From assembly GCA_943787795.1 (NCBI GenBank), contig CALSNU010000001.1, forward strand, positions 416,001 through 480,000: a stretch of 64,000 nucleotides of DNA, given 5' to 3'. The notes under the pieces were generated by a model. That model saw only the letters and a program-made list of their open reading frames with translations, made no database searches and was not told where the DNA came from. The DNA is from an uncultured bacterium (GTDB taxonomy: Bacteria; Planctomycetota; UBA1135; GCA-002686595). Every line of letters begins with the position of its first letter. Within the stretch, counting starts at the first letter, position 1. Both the position numbers and the translations under genes were made by a program. Shown here piece after piece: positions 42,450 through 52,624 of the stretch.

Positions 42450-43259
42450 ATGAGGCTGCGGCTCCTGCCGAGCTCGTTCCCGGGCTCCTCGCACGAGGTC
42501 TCCGCCCCGCGGGTCGCCGCCCAGCCCCTCACCAGCTTCGTGGTGGAGGGGCAGGGCGCGGGTCCGCTGGCCGTAGACGCCGGGAGCCTCGGGCTCGTGG
42601 GCGAGCCCGCCGAGATGGGGCGGATCGCGGGGCTGGTCCTGACCCACGCCCACATCGACCACGTGGCCTCCTTGCCCATGTGGGTCGAGGCCCTGCTCTC
42701 CCTGGACCGGGCGCCGGTCCGCGTCCACGCGTCGGCGGGCGCGATCGAAGCCCTGCGAGCGCACCTCTTCTCCGGATCCCTCTTTCCGGACTTCGAGGGC
42801 CTCCGCGAGGCGGACGGTCGGCCGCTGATGGAGCTCGTGCCGTTCCTCGAGGGGTCGCCCTTCGAACTCGTTGGCTTCCAGGTCTCCGCCTTCCCGGTCG
42901 CGCACCCCGTGCCCACCCACGGGCTCCTCGTGGACGACGGGGAGGACGCGCTCCTCTTTGGCGCCGACTCCGGCCCGTGCGAGGCGCTCTGGCAGGTTGC
43001 GGCCAGCTCGCCCCGCCTGCGCGCGGTCGTGCTCGAGGCGAGCTTCCCCGAGCGCATGCAGGCCATCGCGGACGGCTCGGGTCATCTCACGCCTGCGACC
43101 CTCGCGGCGGAGCTCGAGCGGGCCCCGGCCGGTGTCCGCGTGCTCCTCGCGCACCTCAAGCCGGCTTACCGCGAGGAGATCACCGACGAGCTCTCCCGCC
43201 GGGTGGGCGACGCCGTCGAGTTCCTGGAGCCAGGCCCCTGGGTCGAGCTCGCTCGGTGA
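42450..43259 (+). CDS. MBL-fold hydrolase, cyclic-nucleotide phosphodiesterase-like
   Basis: VDAG, LTHAHIDHV, FPDF, VAHPVP, ADSGP, EASFP, GHLTP, HLKP. Confidence 0.82.
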   Translation: MRLRLLPSSFPGSSHEVSAPRVAAQPLTSFVVEGQGAGPLAVDAGSLGLVGEPAEMGRIAGLVLTHAHIDHVASLPMWVEALLSLDRAPVRVHASAGAIEALRAHLFSGSLFPDFEGLREADGRPLMELVPFLEGSPFELVGFQVSAFPVAHPVPTHGLLVDDGEDALLFGADSGPCEALWQVAASSPRLRAVVLEASFPERMQAIADGSGHLTPATLAAELERAPAGVRVLLAHLKPAYREEITDELSRRVGDAVEFLEPGPWVELAR

Positions 43260-43279
43260 CCCTGCCCGCTGCACCCGGT

Positions 43280-43325
43280 CAGTCAGCCTGCCGCACGCAG
43301 TCAGCCTGCCGCATCCAGTCAGCCG
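43280..43325. repeat. 18-bp tandem repeat at a convergent gene junction
   Basis: CAGTCAGCCTGCCGCA.. x2 plus a partial copy containing the aminotransferase stop codon. Confidence 0.85.
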
Positions 43326-46300
43326 ACGCTGTCGGGCGCCGCGACCGGCGTCTCCGAGAGGACCGCGTCCAGGGTCGCCACGAGGCGGCGGACCTCCGCG
43401 TCGGTGAAGGTGATGGGCGGCTTGATTTTGAGCACGTTGCCATGGGGGCCGTCGGTCCCGATCAGCACGCCCCGCTGCCGCATCCTCAATGACACGTAGC
43501 GCGCCACGTCGCCGGCGGGCTCCCGCGTCGCGCGGTCCCGCACCAGGTCGACGCCGAGGTAGAGGCCGCGCCCGCGCACGTCGCCGATGACCGGGTGGCG
43601 GCGGGCGAGCGGGGCCATCGCCTGGAAGAAGGCCTCGCCGGCTCGCCGCGCTCGCTCGAGGAGCCCCTCATCGTCGATGACGTCCAGCACCGCCTGGCCG
43701 ATGGCAGCGGACACATGGTTGCCGCCGAAGGTCGCGAAGAACTCCATGCCGCCGGCGAAGCGGTCAGCGATCTCCCGGGTGGTGGCCACAGCGGCGAGGG
43801 GGTGGCCGTTGCCCATGGGCTTGCCCATGGTGACGATATCGGGCCGAGCGTCCTGCTCCTCGAAGGCCCAGAAGTGGGTGCCGACGCGGCCGAACCCCAC
43901 CTGGACCTCATCGGCGATGGCGAGGCCCCCGGCGGCCCGCACCGCCTCGAACGCGCCCCGCAGATAGCCTTGGGGCGGGACGACCTGACCACCGCAGCCG
44001 ATGATCGCCTCTGCCATCATGGCGACGGGGGCGCGCCCTTCGGCAGCGAGCTCGTCGAGGATGGTCTGGACCTCGGCCACGTAGCGCGGGCCGCTGTCGG
44101 CGCCCCGGTAGAGACCGCCAACCGGGTCCGCGATCGGGATCACGTGGACCCTTGAGGTGGCCTCGAAGCCGCCGCGGCCGGCGAACTTGTAGTGGCTCGC
44201 CTCCACCGTGGCGCCGGTGTGCCCGTGGTATCCGTGCTCCTGGACAAGTAGCTCCTCCGCGCCGGGCGCGGCGGCCGCGCGGGCGATCCGCAGGGCGAGC
44301 TCGTTGGCTTCAGAGCCGCTACAGACGAAGTAGAGCACGTCCAGCCCCTCGGGGAGCCTCGCGCGCAGGCTCTCGGCGTACCGGTGGAGCCCCTCGTGCA
44401 GGTAGCGCGTGTTCGTGTTGAGCAGCCCCATCTGCTGCTGGCCCGCGGCGACCACCCGCGGGTGGCAGTGGCCCACATGGGGGACGTTGTTCACCGCGTC
44501 GAGAAAGGCGCGCCCCTCGGCGTCGAACAGCGTCGTCCCCTCGCCCCGGACGATCTGCAGCGGGTCGGCCTCGTGGTGGATGGACATGGACCGGCAGAAA
44601 GTGTGGCGGCGCTCGACGTGGAGAGCGCCCGTCCTCGCCTCTCTTGCGTCGCAAGAGTCGAGGCCGAGCAGCGGCGCGGGATCGGGGCATAGACTCGTCC
44701 ACGCCCTGCGCCAGGTCGGCGCCGCGACGCCAGGGAAGTCGCCGCTCCGGTCCAGCCGGTGGAGGATGACCTGGAAGTGCAGGTGAGGTGGCCAGCCGCC
44801 GTTGACGGCCTCTGATCCGAAGGTCCCGACGCCATCGCCTGGGGCCAGGGCGTCGCCGGGGTGGAGCCGCTGCAGCACCCCCTCATCCAGGTGGCCGTAG
44901 AGGGTGAAGAAGGGGCGCCCGTCCTCGCCCTCGTGTTCGAGGATGACGGTCGGCCCGTAGTCGAGCGGGGCCGGGTTGCGCTGGACGCTCAGGACCCTGG
45001 CAGCGAGGGGCGCGAAGACCTCCGTGCCCTCCGGCGCGAAGAGGTCCACGCCGAGGTGGACGGTCCGCGGCTCTTCCCCGTCCTCGCGGGCCTCGGTGAA
45101 CGAGTCCGTCTGGTAGAGCCGTCTGGCCTCGTCGTGGAAGCCCACCGCCGCGGGGGCGCCGCTCGCGACGCGCCGGGCTTCGATCTCAGCGGCCCACGCG
45201 GAGAACGGGCGCTCCCGACCGCCCTCCAGGGTCAGGGGGCTGTCCAGGGACAGGTCCACGCGCGGCGCACGGGTCAGCGAGGCGCCCAGGACCGGGGCGA
45301 AACTCTGATCCCGGGCCCAGCGCTGGAAGGCCGAGACGCGCGGGACGGGGTCGCTCCCGGCGGCGTCGCGCAGGATCGCGGTGGCGAGGGCGGGGTGGAT
45401 CCGGTCGAGGGCCTCTAGGGCTCGCCAGGCAGGGGCGGCGCTGACCTGGTGATAGTCGTTGTCGCCCCCGTGTTCGGGCGCTCGCTCCGATGAGATGGCG
45501 ACGCTGGTCCCCAGCCTCAGCAGCGCGAGCTCGAACAGCACCGCGAACTCATCGTCGGAGAGCGGCGCCGCGGCGTGGTAGCCGGCGACCACGTGGGCCA
45601 TGGCCGAGAGGGGATCGCGCTTTCCGAGGGCTGCGTAGGCCGCGGCGATCGCGACCTCTCCGACCCGCGGCGCGATGGCCGCATCACCGAAGTCGATCAG
45701 ACCCGAGAGGCGGATGCCGCCTTCGGGCACCTCGACCAGCACGTTGTAGTCATTGGCGTCGTGGTGGATCAGCTGGTGGGGGAGCTCGGTGACGCGCGCG
45801 AGGAGGGGCCGCCAGCTCGCCTCGAGGTGCCGAGCCAGGAGGGCTCGGCGCGGTTCGGTCGCCACGTATCGAAGCCGCTCCGCGATGGTCTCGGGCCCGT
45901 CCATGAGCCGCCAACTTGGGGAGGCCGGGGCGGGCGGTACGAAGTCCGGACTCAGATCCGCGAGGGCGAGGTCGAGCACACCGAGGGTCCGCCCGAGCTC
46001 TCGGAGCAGCTGTGGCGGATGCGGATGGACCTCGGCAAGGGGCCGCCCTGGCAGGTACCGATAGAGCGCAGCGTCCACGGTGCTCCCCTCGAAGGCCACG
46101 CTCTGTAGCGGGTCCTCGCTCTCCCCTTGGCGGAGCATGACCGGGAGCAGGGCGGCGATGGAAGGCGCCCGTGATGAGAGGGCGTCGAAGAGATCGCGCT
46201 GCTGCTCCAGGGCGGCGCGTCCCGGGCGCGACGCGAAGACCTTGAGGACCGCCGTGGGCGGACGATCGTCGCCCGCGTAGAGCAGGAAGTTGCGGTCGAG

Positions 46301-46468
46301 GTCGCCAGGGAGCGGGCGGGCCCGGCTGGCGTCGACTCCGAAGGCCTCACGGGCCACCGCGAGGCCGCGCTCGTGAGCTTCAGGCCCGGTGTCAGGCCCT
46401 GCATCAGGCCCAACATCAGGCCCAACATCAGGCCGGGCGCCCATCTGCCCCTCCTCGCTCGGCTTCAT
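43319..46468 (-). CDS. phosphotransferase (APH-like) - M23 peptidase-like - class III aminotransferase fusion
   Basis: IHHDANDYNV and LIDFGD (kinase); HLGVDL, LYGHL, PHLHFQ (M23); NNVPHVGH, SGSEAN, DEVQVGFGR, GKPMGNG (PLP Lys). Confidence 0.92.
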   Translation of the reverse strand: MKPSEEGQMGARPDVGPDVGPDAGPDTGPEAHERGLAVAREAFGVDASRARPLPGDLDRNFLLYAGDDRPPTAVLKVFASRPGRAALEQQRDLFDALSSRAPSIAALLPVMLRQGESEDPLQSVAFEGSTVDAALYRYLPGRPLAEVHPHPPQLLRELGRTLGVLDLALADLSPDFVPPAPASPSWRLMDGPETIAERLRYVATEPRRALLARHLEASWRPLLARVTELPHQLIHHDANDYNVLVEVPEGGIRLSGLIDFGDAAIAPRVGEVAIAAAYAALGKRDPLSAMAHVVAGYHAAAPLSDDEFAVLFELALLRLGTSVAISSERAPEHGGDNDYHQVSAAPAWRALEALDRIHPALATAILRDAAGSDPVPRVSAFQRWARDQSFAPVLGASLTRAPRVDLSLDSPLTLEGGRERPFSAWAAEIEARRVASGAPAAVGFHDEARRLYQTDSFTEAREDGEEPRTVHLGVDLFAPEGTEVFAPLAARVLSVQRNPAPLDYGPTVILEHEGEDGRPFFTLYGHLDEGVLQRLHPGDALAPGDGVGTFGSEAVNGGWPPHLHFQVILHRLDRSGDFPGVAAPTWRRAWTSLCPDPAPLLGLDSCDAREARTGALHVERRHTFCRSMSIHHEADPLQIVRGEGTTLFDAEGRAFLDAVNNVPHVGHCHPRVVAAGQQQMGLLNTNTRYLHEGLHRYAESLRARLPEGLDVLYFVCSGSEANELALRIARAAAAPGAEELLVQEHGYHGHTGATVEASHYKFAGRGGFEATSRVHVIPIADPVGGLYRGADSGPRYVAEVQTILDELAAEGRAPVAMMAEAIIGCGGQVVPPQGYLRGAFEAVRAAGGLAIADEVQVGFGRVGTHFWAFEEQDARPDIVTMGKPMGNGHPLAAVATTREIADRFAGGMEFFATFGGNHVSAAIGQAVLDVIDDEGLLERARRAGEAFFQAMAPLARRHPVIGDVRGRGLYLGVDLVRDRATREPAGDVARYVSLRMRQRGVLIGTDGPHGNVLKIKPPITFTDAEVRRLVATLDAVLSETPVAAPDSVG
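46380..46435 (-). repeat. 12-bp coding repeat (PDVG/PDAG/PDTG)
   Basis: TCAGGCCC.... x4 plus a partial copy at the N-terminus of the fusion protein. Confidence 0.85.
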
Positions 46469-46699
46469 GCCGGCAGCGTACCGGGCGTGGGCCCCACATG
46501 AGCGGCAGCGGCCGTGAGGGGCGCCGGAGGCGGTCTTCCTGGCCCTGCTGGGGCTGATTTGGGCGCTATGTCTCGTTTTGAGTCACAGGTTCGGGCGAGG
46601 GCGTCCACCGAGCCGACCGGCCCAGGGGGTCGCGGCCCCAAATGTTTCTCGGCGGATCGTCCGATGAACCCCCCGTCCCCCTCCCACAGGACGGCCTCG

Positions 46700-47668
46700 A
46701 TGCTTCCCCAGACTCGACCCAAGGGCGCTCGCCCCTCATCGCCCATTGGCGCCCTCGCAGGCGACACCGCCGATCGCCTTCGGGCAGGCCTCCAGCGGGT
46801 CGTGCACGTCCCCGACGAGGTGGTCGAGGCCCTGACGGTGGCCTTGGTCAGCGGCGGCCACGCGCTGATCGAGGGGATCCCGGGGACGGGCAAGACCATG
46901 CTCTCCCGCGCCCTCGCGCGGCTCGTGGACTGCAGCTTCAAGCGAATTCAGTTCACCAATGACCTGATGCCCTCCGACGTGGTCGGCGGGTCGGTCTGGC
47001 GACCGAGCCAGGAGCGCTTTGACTTCGTTCCGGGGCCGCTCTTCGCGAACCTCGTCCTCGCCGACGAGATCAACCGGACCAGCTCGAGGACCCTCTCATG
47101 CCTTCTCGAGGCCATGGAGGAGGGGACGGTGTCGGCGGACGGCGAGACGATCCCCCTTGGCGCGCCCTTCACGATCTTCGCGACACGCAACCCCATCGAG
47201 TTCCACGGGACGTTTCCGATCCCCGAAGCAGCCCTGGACCGCTTCCTGGTCCACGTCGAACTGGACTACCCAGAAGCACACCTGGAGAAGGAGCTCTACC
47301 AGGGCCGGGGAGGCGACGGGACGATCGACGAACTGGAGCCGGTCCTTTCACGTGAGGAGCTCCTCATGTTGATCTCCGCGGTCCCAAGCGTGCACGTCTC
47401 CGCTGAGGTCGCCGAGTACGCCTATCGCGTGGTCTCGGCCACGCGTGCGCACCCGGAGATCGAGCTCGGCGTCAGCCCACGGGCTGCGGTGGCGTGGACC
47501 AACGCCGGCCGCGCGCGGGCGCTCCTTGACGGCCGTGACTACGTCCTCCCCGACGACCTCAAGGCCCTCGCGGGCGTCGTCCTCGGGCATCGAATCGCCA
47601 CCAGCGGCGGTATCAAGGGCAGCGAGCGGATCGCAGAGGTCCTCGAGGGAGCGGAAGTCGAGCTGTGA
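46700..47668 (+). CDS. MoxR-family AAA+ ATPase
   Basis: GIPGTGKT, RIQFTNDLMPSD, LADEINR, NPIE..GTFP.PEA.LDRF, GVSPR. Confidence 0.95.
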   Translation: MLPQTRPKGARPSSPIGALAGDTADRLRAGLQRVVHVPDEVVEALTVALVSGGHALIEGIPGTGKTMLSRALARLVDCSFKRIQFTNDLMPSDVVGGSVWRPSQERFDFVPGPLFANLVLADEINRTSSRTLSCLLEAMEEGTVSADGETIPLGAPFTIFATRNPIEFHGTFPIPEAALDRFLVHVELDYPEAHLEKELYQGRGGDGTIDELEPVLSREELLMLISAVPSVHVSAEVAEYAYRVVSATRAHPEIELGVSPRAAVAWTNAGRARALLDGRDYVLPDDLKALAGVVLGHRIATSGGIKGSERIAEVLEGAEVEL

Positions 47669-48600
47669 GGCCGACGCACTTCGGCGTCAAGTCGCTGCTC
47701 TTCCTCACAGCGATCATCGGGGCCTTCTACGCGGCGCCCTACGTGAACCTGTTCTTCCTCCTCCTCGCCTTCTTCGGGCTCCACTGGGTCCTGTGCATCT
47801 GGTGGACGTATGCGAACCTGCGCGGGGTCGAGGTCCACATCGAGGATCCCGGTCCCCTCCAGGCGGGCGCCGCAGCGCGGGCTGGATGGTCTGTGCTCGG
47901 AGAGCGTCGCAGGTTCGGGCTGATCCTCAACGTGGAGTTCGAGTCGGGAGCAGTGGGATCGGGGCGCCTGGCCTTCACGGGCGGCGACGCGCGCGCGGTG
48001 ATTCAGTTCCCCGCCCTCGACCGAGGCGTGTACCGCGCTCGGAAGGTCACGGTCTCGTCGACCTACCCGTTTGGCCTGCTCACCCGGACCGTCTCACTCG
48101 CGGTCTCGCCCGAGCTCCATGTGTATCCGGAGCCGACGGCGGCGACCCCTGGGCGCCTCGCCCACGACGTGGCCGCCGCGGACGCGACCTCGAACCTCTA
48201 TGGAGCGCAGGGCCGAACGATGCCTGCGGGGCTCAGGCCGCGCATCGAGGGGGAGGCGCTTCGGCACGTCCATTGGCGAGCCTCGGCGCGCCGTGGGAGC
48301 CTCGTCGTGAACGAGTGGGAGTCCGATCGGGCGGAGGAACAAGCGTTCCTCCTTGATCGGCGCTGCGCGGGCTCCGTCTTCGAGCAGCGCCTCTCGTCGG
48401 CGGCCGGCGCCGTCACGGAGGCGAAGCACAGGGGGAGCGCCGTGAGGCTCGTGAGCCAGGGCTTGGATCAGACCTACACCGGTAGCGGTGTCCACTGGGA
48501 CGAGGCGCTGCGCTTCCTGGCGGGGGCCGCGCCGCTCCCCGAAGGAGAGGCGGCGCCCTTGCACCTTGACGACCCATCCTCGGGGGTGCGAGTTGCCTGA
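47665..48600 (+). CDS. DUF58 protein
   Basis: Two N-terminal TMs, RG.Y, STYPFGL, VYP, LRHVHWRASAR. Confidence 0.88.
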   Translation: MRPTHFGVKSLLFLTAIIGAFYAAPYVNLFFLLLAFFGLHWVLCIWWTYANLRGVEVHIEDPGPLQAGAAARAGWSVLGERRRFGLILNVEFESGAVGSGRLAFTGGDARAVIQFPALDRGVYRARKVTVSSTYPFGLLTRTVSLAVSPELHVYPEPTAATPGRLAHDVAAADATSNLYGAQGRTMPAGLRPRIEGEALRHVHWRASARRGSLVVNEWESDRAEEQAFLLDRRCAGSVFEQRLSSAAGAVTEAKHRGSAVRLVSQGLDQTYTGSGVHWDEALRFLAGAAPLPEGEAAPLHLDDPSSGVRVA

Positions 48601-50647
48601 GGTCAAGCGCAAGGGGCCCTCGGCCCTGCTGCTCTGCATGATGGGGATCGTCGCGTGCAACGTGCGCTTCGTGCAGCTGACGGGCGCGGCGGACCCTCTC
48701 TGGCTGGCCCCGCTCTATGTGGTCACTCTCGCGGCCCCATTCCTGCTCCGCTTCCGCGAGAGCATGGTCTACCGCGGGGTCTGGAACCTGGCCATCGTCC
48801 TCTTCTTCCTGCGGCTCGCCTTGCACGCGAGCACATCGGAGCTGGCCTTCGTCCTGGACGACGGCCTGATGCTCGCGATCCTCTGCCAGGTTCACGTGCT
48901 GAACAACCTGCGCAAGGAGCAACGTCCAGACCTGCTCTTCCTCAACTCGTACCTGATCGCCGTGATCACCGGGTACATCACGGTCGACCTGAGCTTCGCC
49001 CTCACCTTCGCGGTCTACGCGCCACTCTTCATCGTGGGGCTGCACCTGCAGCACCTCGAACAGTTCGACCCGGGGCACGGGGTCTCGGCGCTAAGGAGTA
49101 CGGTGCTCAGAAGTACAGTGCTCAGGGCGCTGCGGCGCGAGAGCCTCCGCCGTTCGGCCGTGTTGGCCGGCGCGACGCTGCTGGCGTTCTTCTTCTTCCC
49201 GCGCGACTTCAATCGCCCCGCGCTCTTCTCGAGCTACTTCGATCTGGATGGCGACGGGTCCTCGTACGAGGTCGGCTTCGCGCAGTCCCTCGACTTCGGC
49301 GGCATCAACCGTGAGGCGGCGCAGTCCGATCGGGTCGTGATGCGGCTGGAGGTCCTCGAGGGAGACCCCCGGTCACTCCCCCGGTTCTGGCGAGGCGCGA
49401 CCCTCTCCGAGCCCCGTCGTTCCGGGGGATGGGAGGCCCGCAGCGAAGACCTGCCGGCCAGCTCGCTGGTGCGGGATCCGGCCTGGGTGAGCCGCTGGCA
49501 GGGGCTTCGGCTCGCTCGGGCGACGGACCCCAAGGCGTGGGTGCGGCCAGGCGGTGAGGGACGGAGCCGGGTCCATGTGACCCGGGCGGGGGGCGTCGAG
49601 CAGCGGCTCTTTCTCCCGCGCGAGGCCTTCGCCGTGGAGCTCGATCCCATCCACACCGAGGGCGAGCTCATCGTCAGCTCGGACGGCACGGCGGCGTACT
49701 CCAACCAAGGGGAGCTTCGCTACGAGGTGCAGCTCGGCCTGGAGCCGCGCGAGCCTGCTCCGCGCGGGCTCCGTCCTCTCGAAGTCGAGCCCTTCATCCA
49801 GCAGCCGCGGTCCCTCTTCAACCAATCGGCGCGGACCCTCGCGCGAGAGCTCTCGCGGCGGATGCCGGACGGGGCCAGCGCCCTCCAGGTCACGAGGGAG
49901 TTTGCCGCATACCTTGCCACGCGCTATTCCTACCGAGCGCCCGGCGCAGAGGGCGCGGCTCGGACGCTGGACGAGTTCCTCGGCACGGAAGCTGGGGGGC
50001 ACTGCGAGCTGTTCGCCTCGACCCTGGCGACCATGCTTCGCTCCCGGAACATCCCGGCTCGAGTGGTCAGCGGCTACACCCTCACTCCGCCGCCGGCAGA
50101 TGAACGCGTCCTCTTGATCCGATCGCGCCACGCCCACGCCTGGGTCGAGGTCTTCAGCGGAGAGGAGGGCGGCTGGTTCGCCGTCGACCCGACTCCGCAG
50201 CTCGAGGGGGGCGGTGAGGACGACGGTTGGATGGGCGGCGCCTTGGCGATGTTGGAGGAGCGATGGGCCGCCGTCACTCGCTTCGACGCGGGGTCGCGGG
50301 CGAGGTTCTGGCAGGCGCTGCGTGCCTTCCCCCGGGAGCTGATCGGCCGGGCAGAGTCGGAGCTCGGCCCGCTCGCCGGGACGGCCGCGGCGATCGGGCT
50401 CCTCGTCCTGCTGGTGCTGCGCGTGAAGCGCCGCCGGCTCAGCCCGCCCGCGACGGTCGAGGCCCTGAACCGTGAGTTCGAACGGCTCGGGGTTCAGCTG
50501 CAGCCGCAGGAGACACCCCGGGAGGGGTTCCGCCGCGCCGGCGTGGGGGATGTGGACCCGGACCAGCTGGCGGCCCTTCGGCGCGCCGTGGAGGAGCATG
50601 AGCGTGACCGCTACGCCTCCGCGGGGGCCTCGGGCCGCGTCGGCTGA
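48593..50647 (+). CDS. membrane transglutaminase-like protein (DUF3488/TgpA type)
   Basis: Multi-TM N-terminus, FWRG, GHCELFAS, PARVVSGY, HAHAWVEV, DPT. Confidence 0.9.
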   Translation: MPEVKRKGPSALLLCMMGIVACNVRFVQLTGAADPLWLAPLYVVTLAAPFLLRFRESMVYRGVWNLAIVLFFLRLALHASTSELAFVLDDGLMLAILCQVHVLNNLRKEQRPDLLFLNSYLIAVITGYITVDLSFALTFAVYAPLFIVGLHLQHLEQFDPGHGVSALRSTVLRSTVLRALRRESLRRSAVLAGATLLAFFFFPRDFNRPALFSSYFDLDGDGSSYEVGFAQSLDFGGINREAAQSDRVVMRLEVLEGDPRSLPRFWRGATLSEPRRSGGWEARSEDLPASSLVRDPAWVSRWQGLRLARATDPKAWVRPGGEGRSRVHVTRAGGVEQRLFLPREAFAVELDPIHTEGELIVSSDGTAAYSNQGELRYEVQLGLEPREPAPRGLRPLEVEPFIQQPRSLFNQSARTLARELSRRMPDGASALQVTREFAAYLATRYSYRAPGAEGAARTLDEFLGTEAGGHCELFASTLATMLRSRNIPARVVSGYTLTPPPADERVLLIRSRHAHAWVEVFSGEEGGWFAVDPTPQLEGGGEDDGWMGGALAMLEERWAAVTRFDAGSRARFWQALRAFPRELIGRAESELGPLAGTAAAIGLLVLLVLRVKRRRLSPPATVEALNREFERLGVQLQPQETPREGFRRAGVGDVDPDQLAALRRAVEEHERDRYASAGASGRVG

Positions 50648-50829
50648 GGGTCGCCCTACGCGAGGGCCGTCGCCTTCCTTGAGCGGTCGTCTCGGGGCGG
50701 CGCTCCGGGAGCCACGGCGCCGCGTGCTTGTGGTGGAGAGCGAGCACCGCAGCGGGGCCGGGAACGCTCGATGAGTCGGGGCCGAGAGGTTCAGGTGGAG
50801 CCGTCACGCGGCGCCCGAGGCTGCGGGCC

Positions 50830-51276
50830 TCAGCCTCCACCGCCCGAACCCCGGAGGCTTCGTCGGAGAATCGCGGGGGCAAAGAGCGCCCCGGCGGCGA
50901 GGGCGAGGAGCACCAGCGCGCCCTTGCGCCCGGCACCCCGGGTGAGCCTCGCGGTCTGAGGGGAGCGAGGGTCGTACCAGATCGATATCCGCTCACCCTT
51001 CTCGGGTGGAGGCCCCGCGCTCGACTGGAGTGGATCGGGGAGCTCGGTCCGCACGATGTCGCCGCCGGCCGCTGAGAACTCGACCCGCAGGTACGTCTCG
51101 GGAGCGGCGTCGAGGACCTGCTTCTTCGTCTCTCGCGAGTCGACCAGGGTCGCCGTCACCTGCAGCGCGTGGTCCGCGAAGTCGCCGCTCTCCCTCCACT
51201 GCACCGCTCCAAGGGCGCCCAGGAGGGCGCCGACGGCAATGGAGACGGCATCGATGGGGCGGCGGACGGAGAGCAC
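50830..51276 (-). CDS. DUF3592-like membrane protein
   Basis: TM - beta domain ending GERISIWYDPRSP - TM. Confidence 0.7.
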   Translation of the reverse strand: MLSVRRPIDAVSIAVGALLGALGAVQWRESGDFADHALQVTATLVDSRETKKQVLDAAPETYLRVEFSAAGGDIVRTELPDPLQSSAGPPPEKGERISIWYDPRSPQTARLTRGAGRKGALVLLALAAGALFAPAILRRSLRGSGGGG

Positions 51277-51325
51277 AGGGAGACCTCGACGTGGAGAATA
51301 CCCCGTCCCGGGCCCGACCGCACGC

Positions 51326-52624
51326 CTAGCCGTTCCCCGGCTTCACCTCGAGCTCCAGCGTGAAGGTCGTGCCGGCGCCGGTGCTCGAGTCGAAGCTGAC
51401 CTCGCCTCCCATCACCCGGGCGACTCGGGTCGCCACGGTCAGACCGAGCCCGCTCCCGTCCATGAAGGAGCTGCCCGTGGCGCTGGCGAAGGGCTCGAAG
51501 ATCTTGCCTGACAGCTCGCCCGTAACCCCGCAGCCTGTGTCCTCGACCTCGAACCGGAGCCTGACGGAGTCCCAGCTTCCCGTTGGCTCACGCAGGAGCC
51601 GGATCTCTACCGAGCCGCTGTCGGTGTACTGGATCGCATTCTCGACCAGGTAGCCGAGGACCTGTCGCAGCCGGTGCACGTCGGTGAGGATGACGTCGGG
51701 AACCGCCGGACCGACCTCCAGGCGGAGGTCCAGGCCCTTGGCTGCAGCCTCGTCAGCGTAGCGGTCACGGAGGTCTCCCAGGGTCTCGCGTACGACGCAG
51801 CTCTGGTCAGAGAGCACAAGGGAGCCAAGCTCCACCTGCGTGAAGTCGATGACCTTGTTGATCATGCCGAGAAGCCGTTGGCTGCGGTCAAGGGCATCAT
51901 CGAGGCCGGTCACCTGATCGCTCTCGATGAGGCGATCGAGGATGACGTTGAGGTGCGAGCTCATCTCCGTTGTGAGGCGCATGATGAAGTCGGACTTCAT
52001 CGCAGATGTTCGGTCTGCGCTCGCCTTCGCGGTGGCGAGCGCCTTGTTGAGCGTCTCCAGTGAGGACGCGTAAGCTCGCGCCTCGACCTCCTTCTGCGAG
52101 ATGAGCTCGATGGCCTTCTGCTCTCGGTTCGCCGCGTTCCACTTCTCCGTGAAGGCGCTGGCGATCTGACAGATCTCCGTGGGATCAAACGGCTTCTTGA
52201 GGATCAGCAGCTTGTCGGTGTGGCCGAGCTCCTCAATCATCTGCTCCCAGGAGTAGTCGGAGAAGGCGGAGCAGATCACGCACTGGAGGTTCGGGTCGAT
52301 CTCCCAGAGCCTCTTGATCGTCTGGACCCCATCGATCCCGGGGGGCATGCGCACGTCGACGAACGCCATCGCAAAGGGCTCGTGCTTGTTGAGGCTCTCC
52401 TGCGTGACCTCCAGGGCCTCGACGCCCTGGAAGCAGAACGTCAGGTCGTAGTTGTTCTTGGCGGTGGCTGAGGTCTGGGACGACGTCGCCGGCGGAGACT
52501 CGCCGAAGAAGGCTGCCCGCGCCGAGGCGAGATCGCTCGTCGCTTCGCTGCCGCTCGCCAGGATCTTCTTGAAGTCCTCGTGGATGCCCTTGGTGTCATC
52601 CACGATGAGGATGCGCCGATTCAT
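51326..52624 (-). CDS. hybrid receiver-histidine kinase with a degenerate H-box
   Basis: REC: ILIVDD, FVDVRMPPG, LKKPF; HATPase: LVENA, EDTGCG, IFEPF, GSGLGL; H-box reads KSDFIMRLTTEMSSHLN. Confidence 0.88.
   Translation of the reverse strand: MNRRILIVDDTKGIHEDFKKILASGSEATSDLASARAAFFGESPPATSSQTSATAKNNYDLTFCFQGVEALEVTQESLNKHEPFAMAFVDVRMPPGIDGVQTIKRLWEIDPNLQCVICSAFSDYSWEQMIEELGHTDKLLILKKPFDPTEICQIASAFTEKWNAANREQKAIELISQKEVEARAYASSLETLNKALATAKASADRTSAMKSDFIMRLTTEMSSHLNVILDRLIESDQVTGLDDALDRSQRLLGMINKVIDFTQVELGSLVLSDQSCVVRETLGDLRDRYADEAAAKGLDLRLEVGPAVPDVILTDVHRLRQVLGYLVENAIQYTDSGSVEIRLLREPTGSWDSVRLRFEVEDTGCGVTGELSGKIFEPFASATGSSFMDGSGLGLTVATRVARVMGGEVSFDSSTGAGTTFTLELEVKPGNG

Noticed and set aside
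46700..50647. MoxR-DUF58-transglutaminase triad as a novel system
   Set aside because: A well-known conserved arrangement in many bacteria
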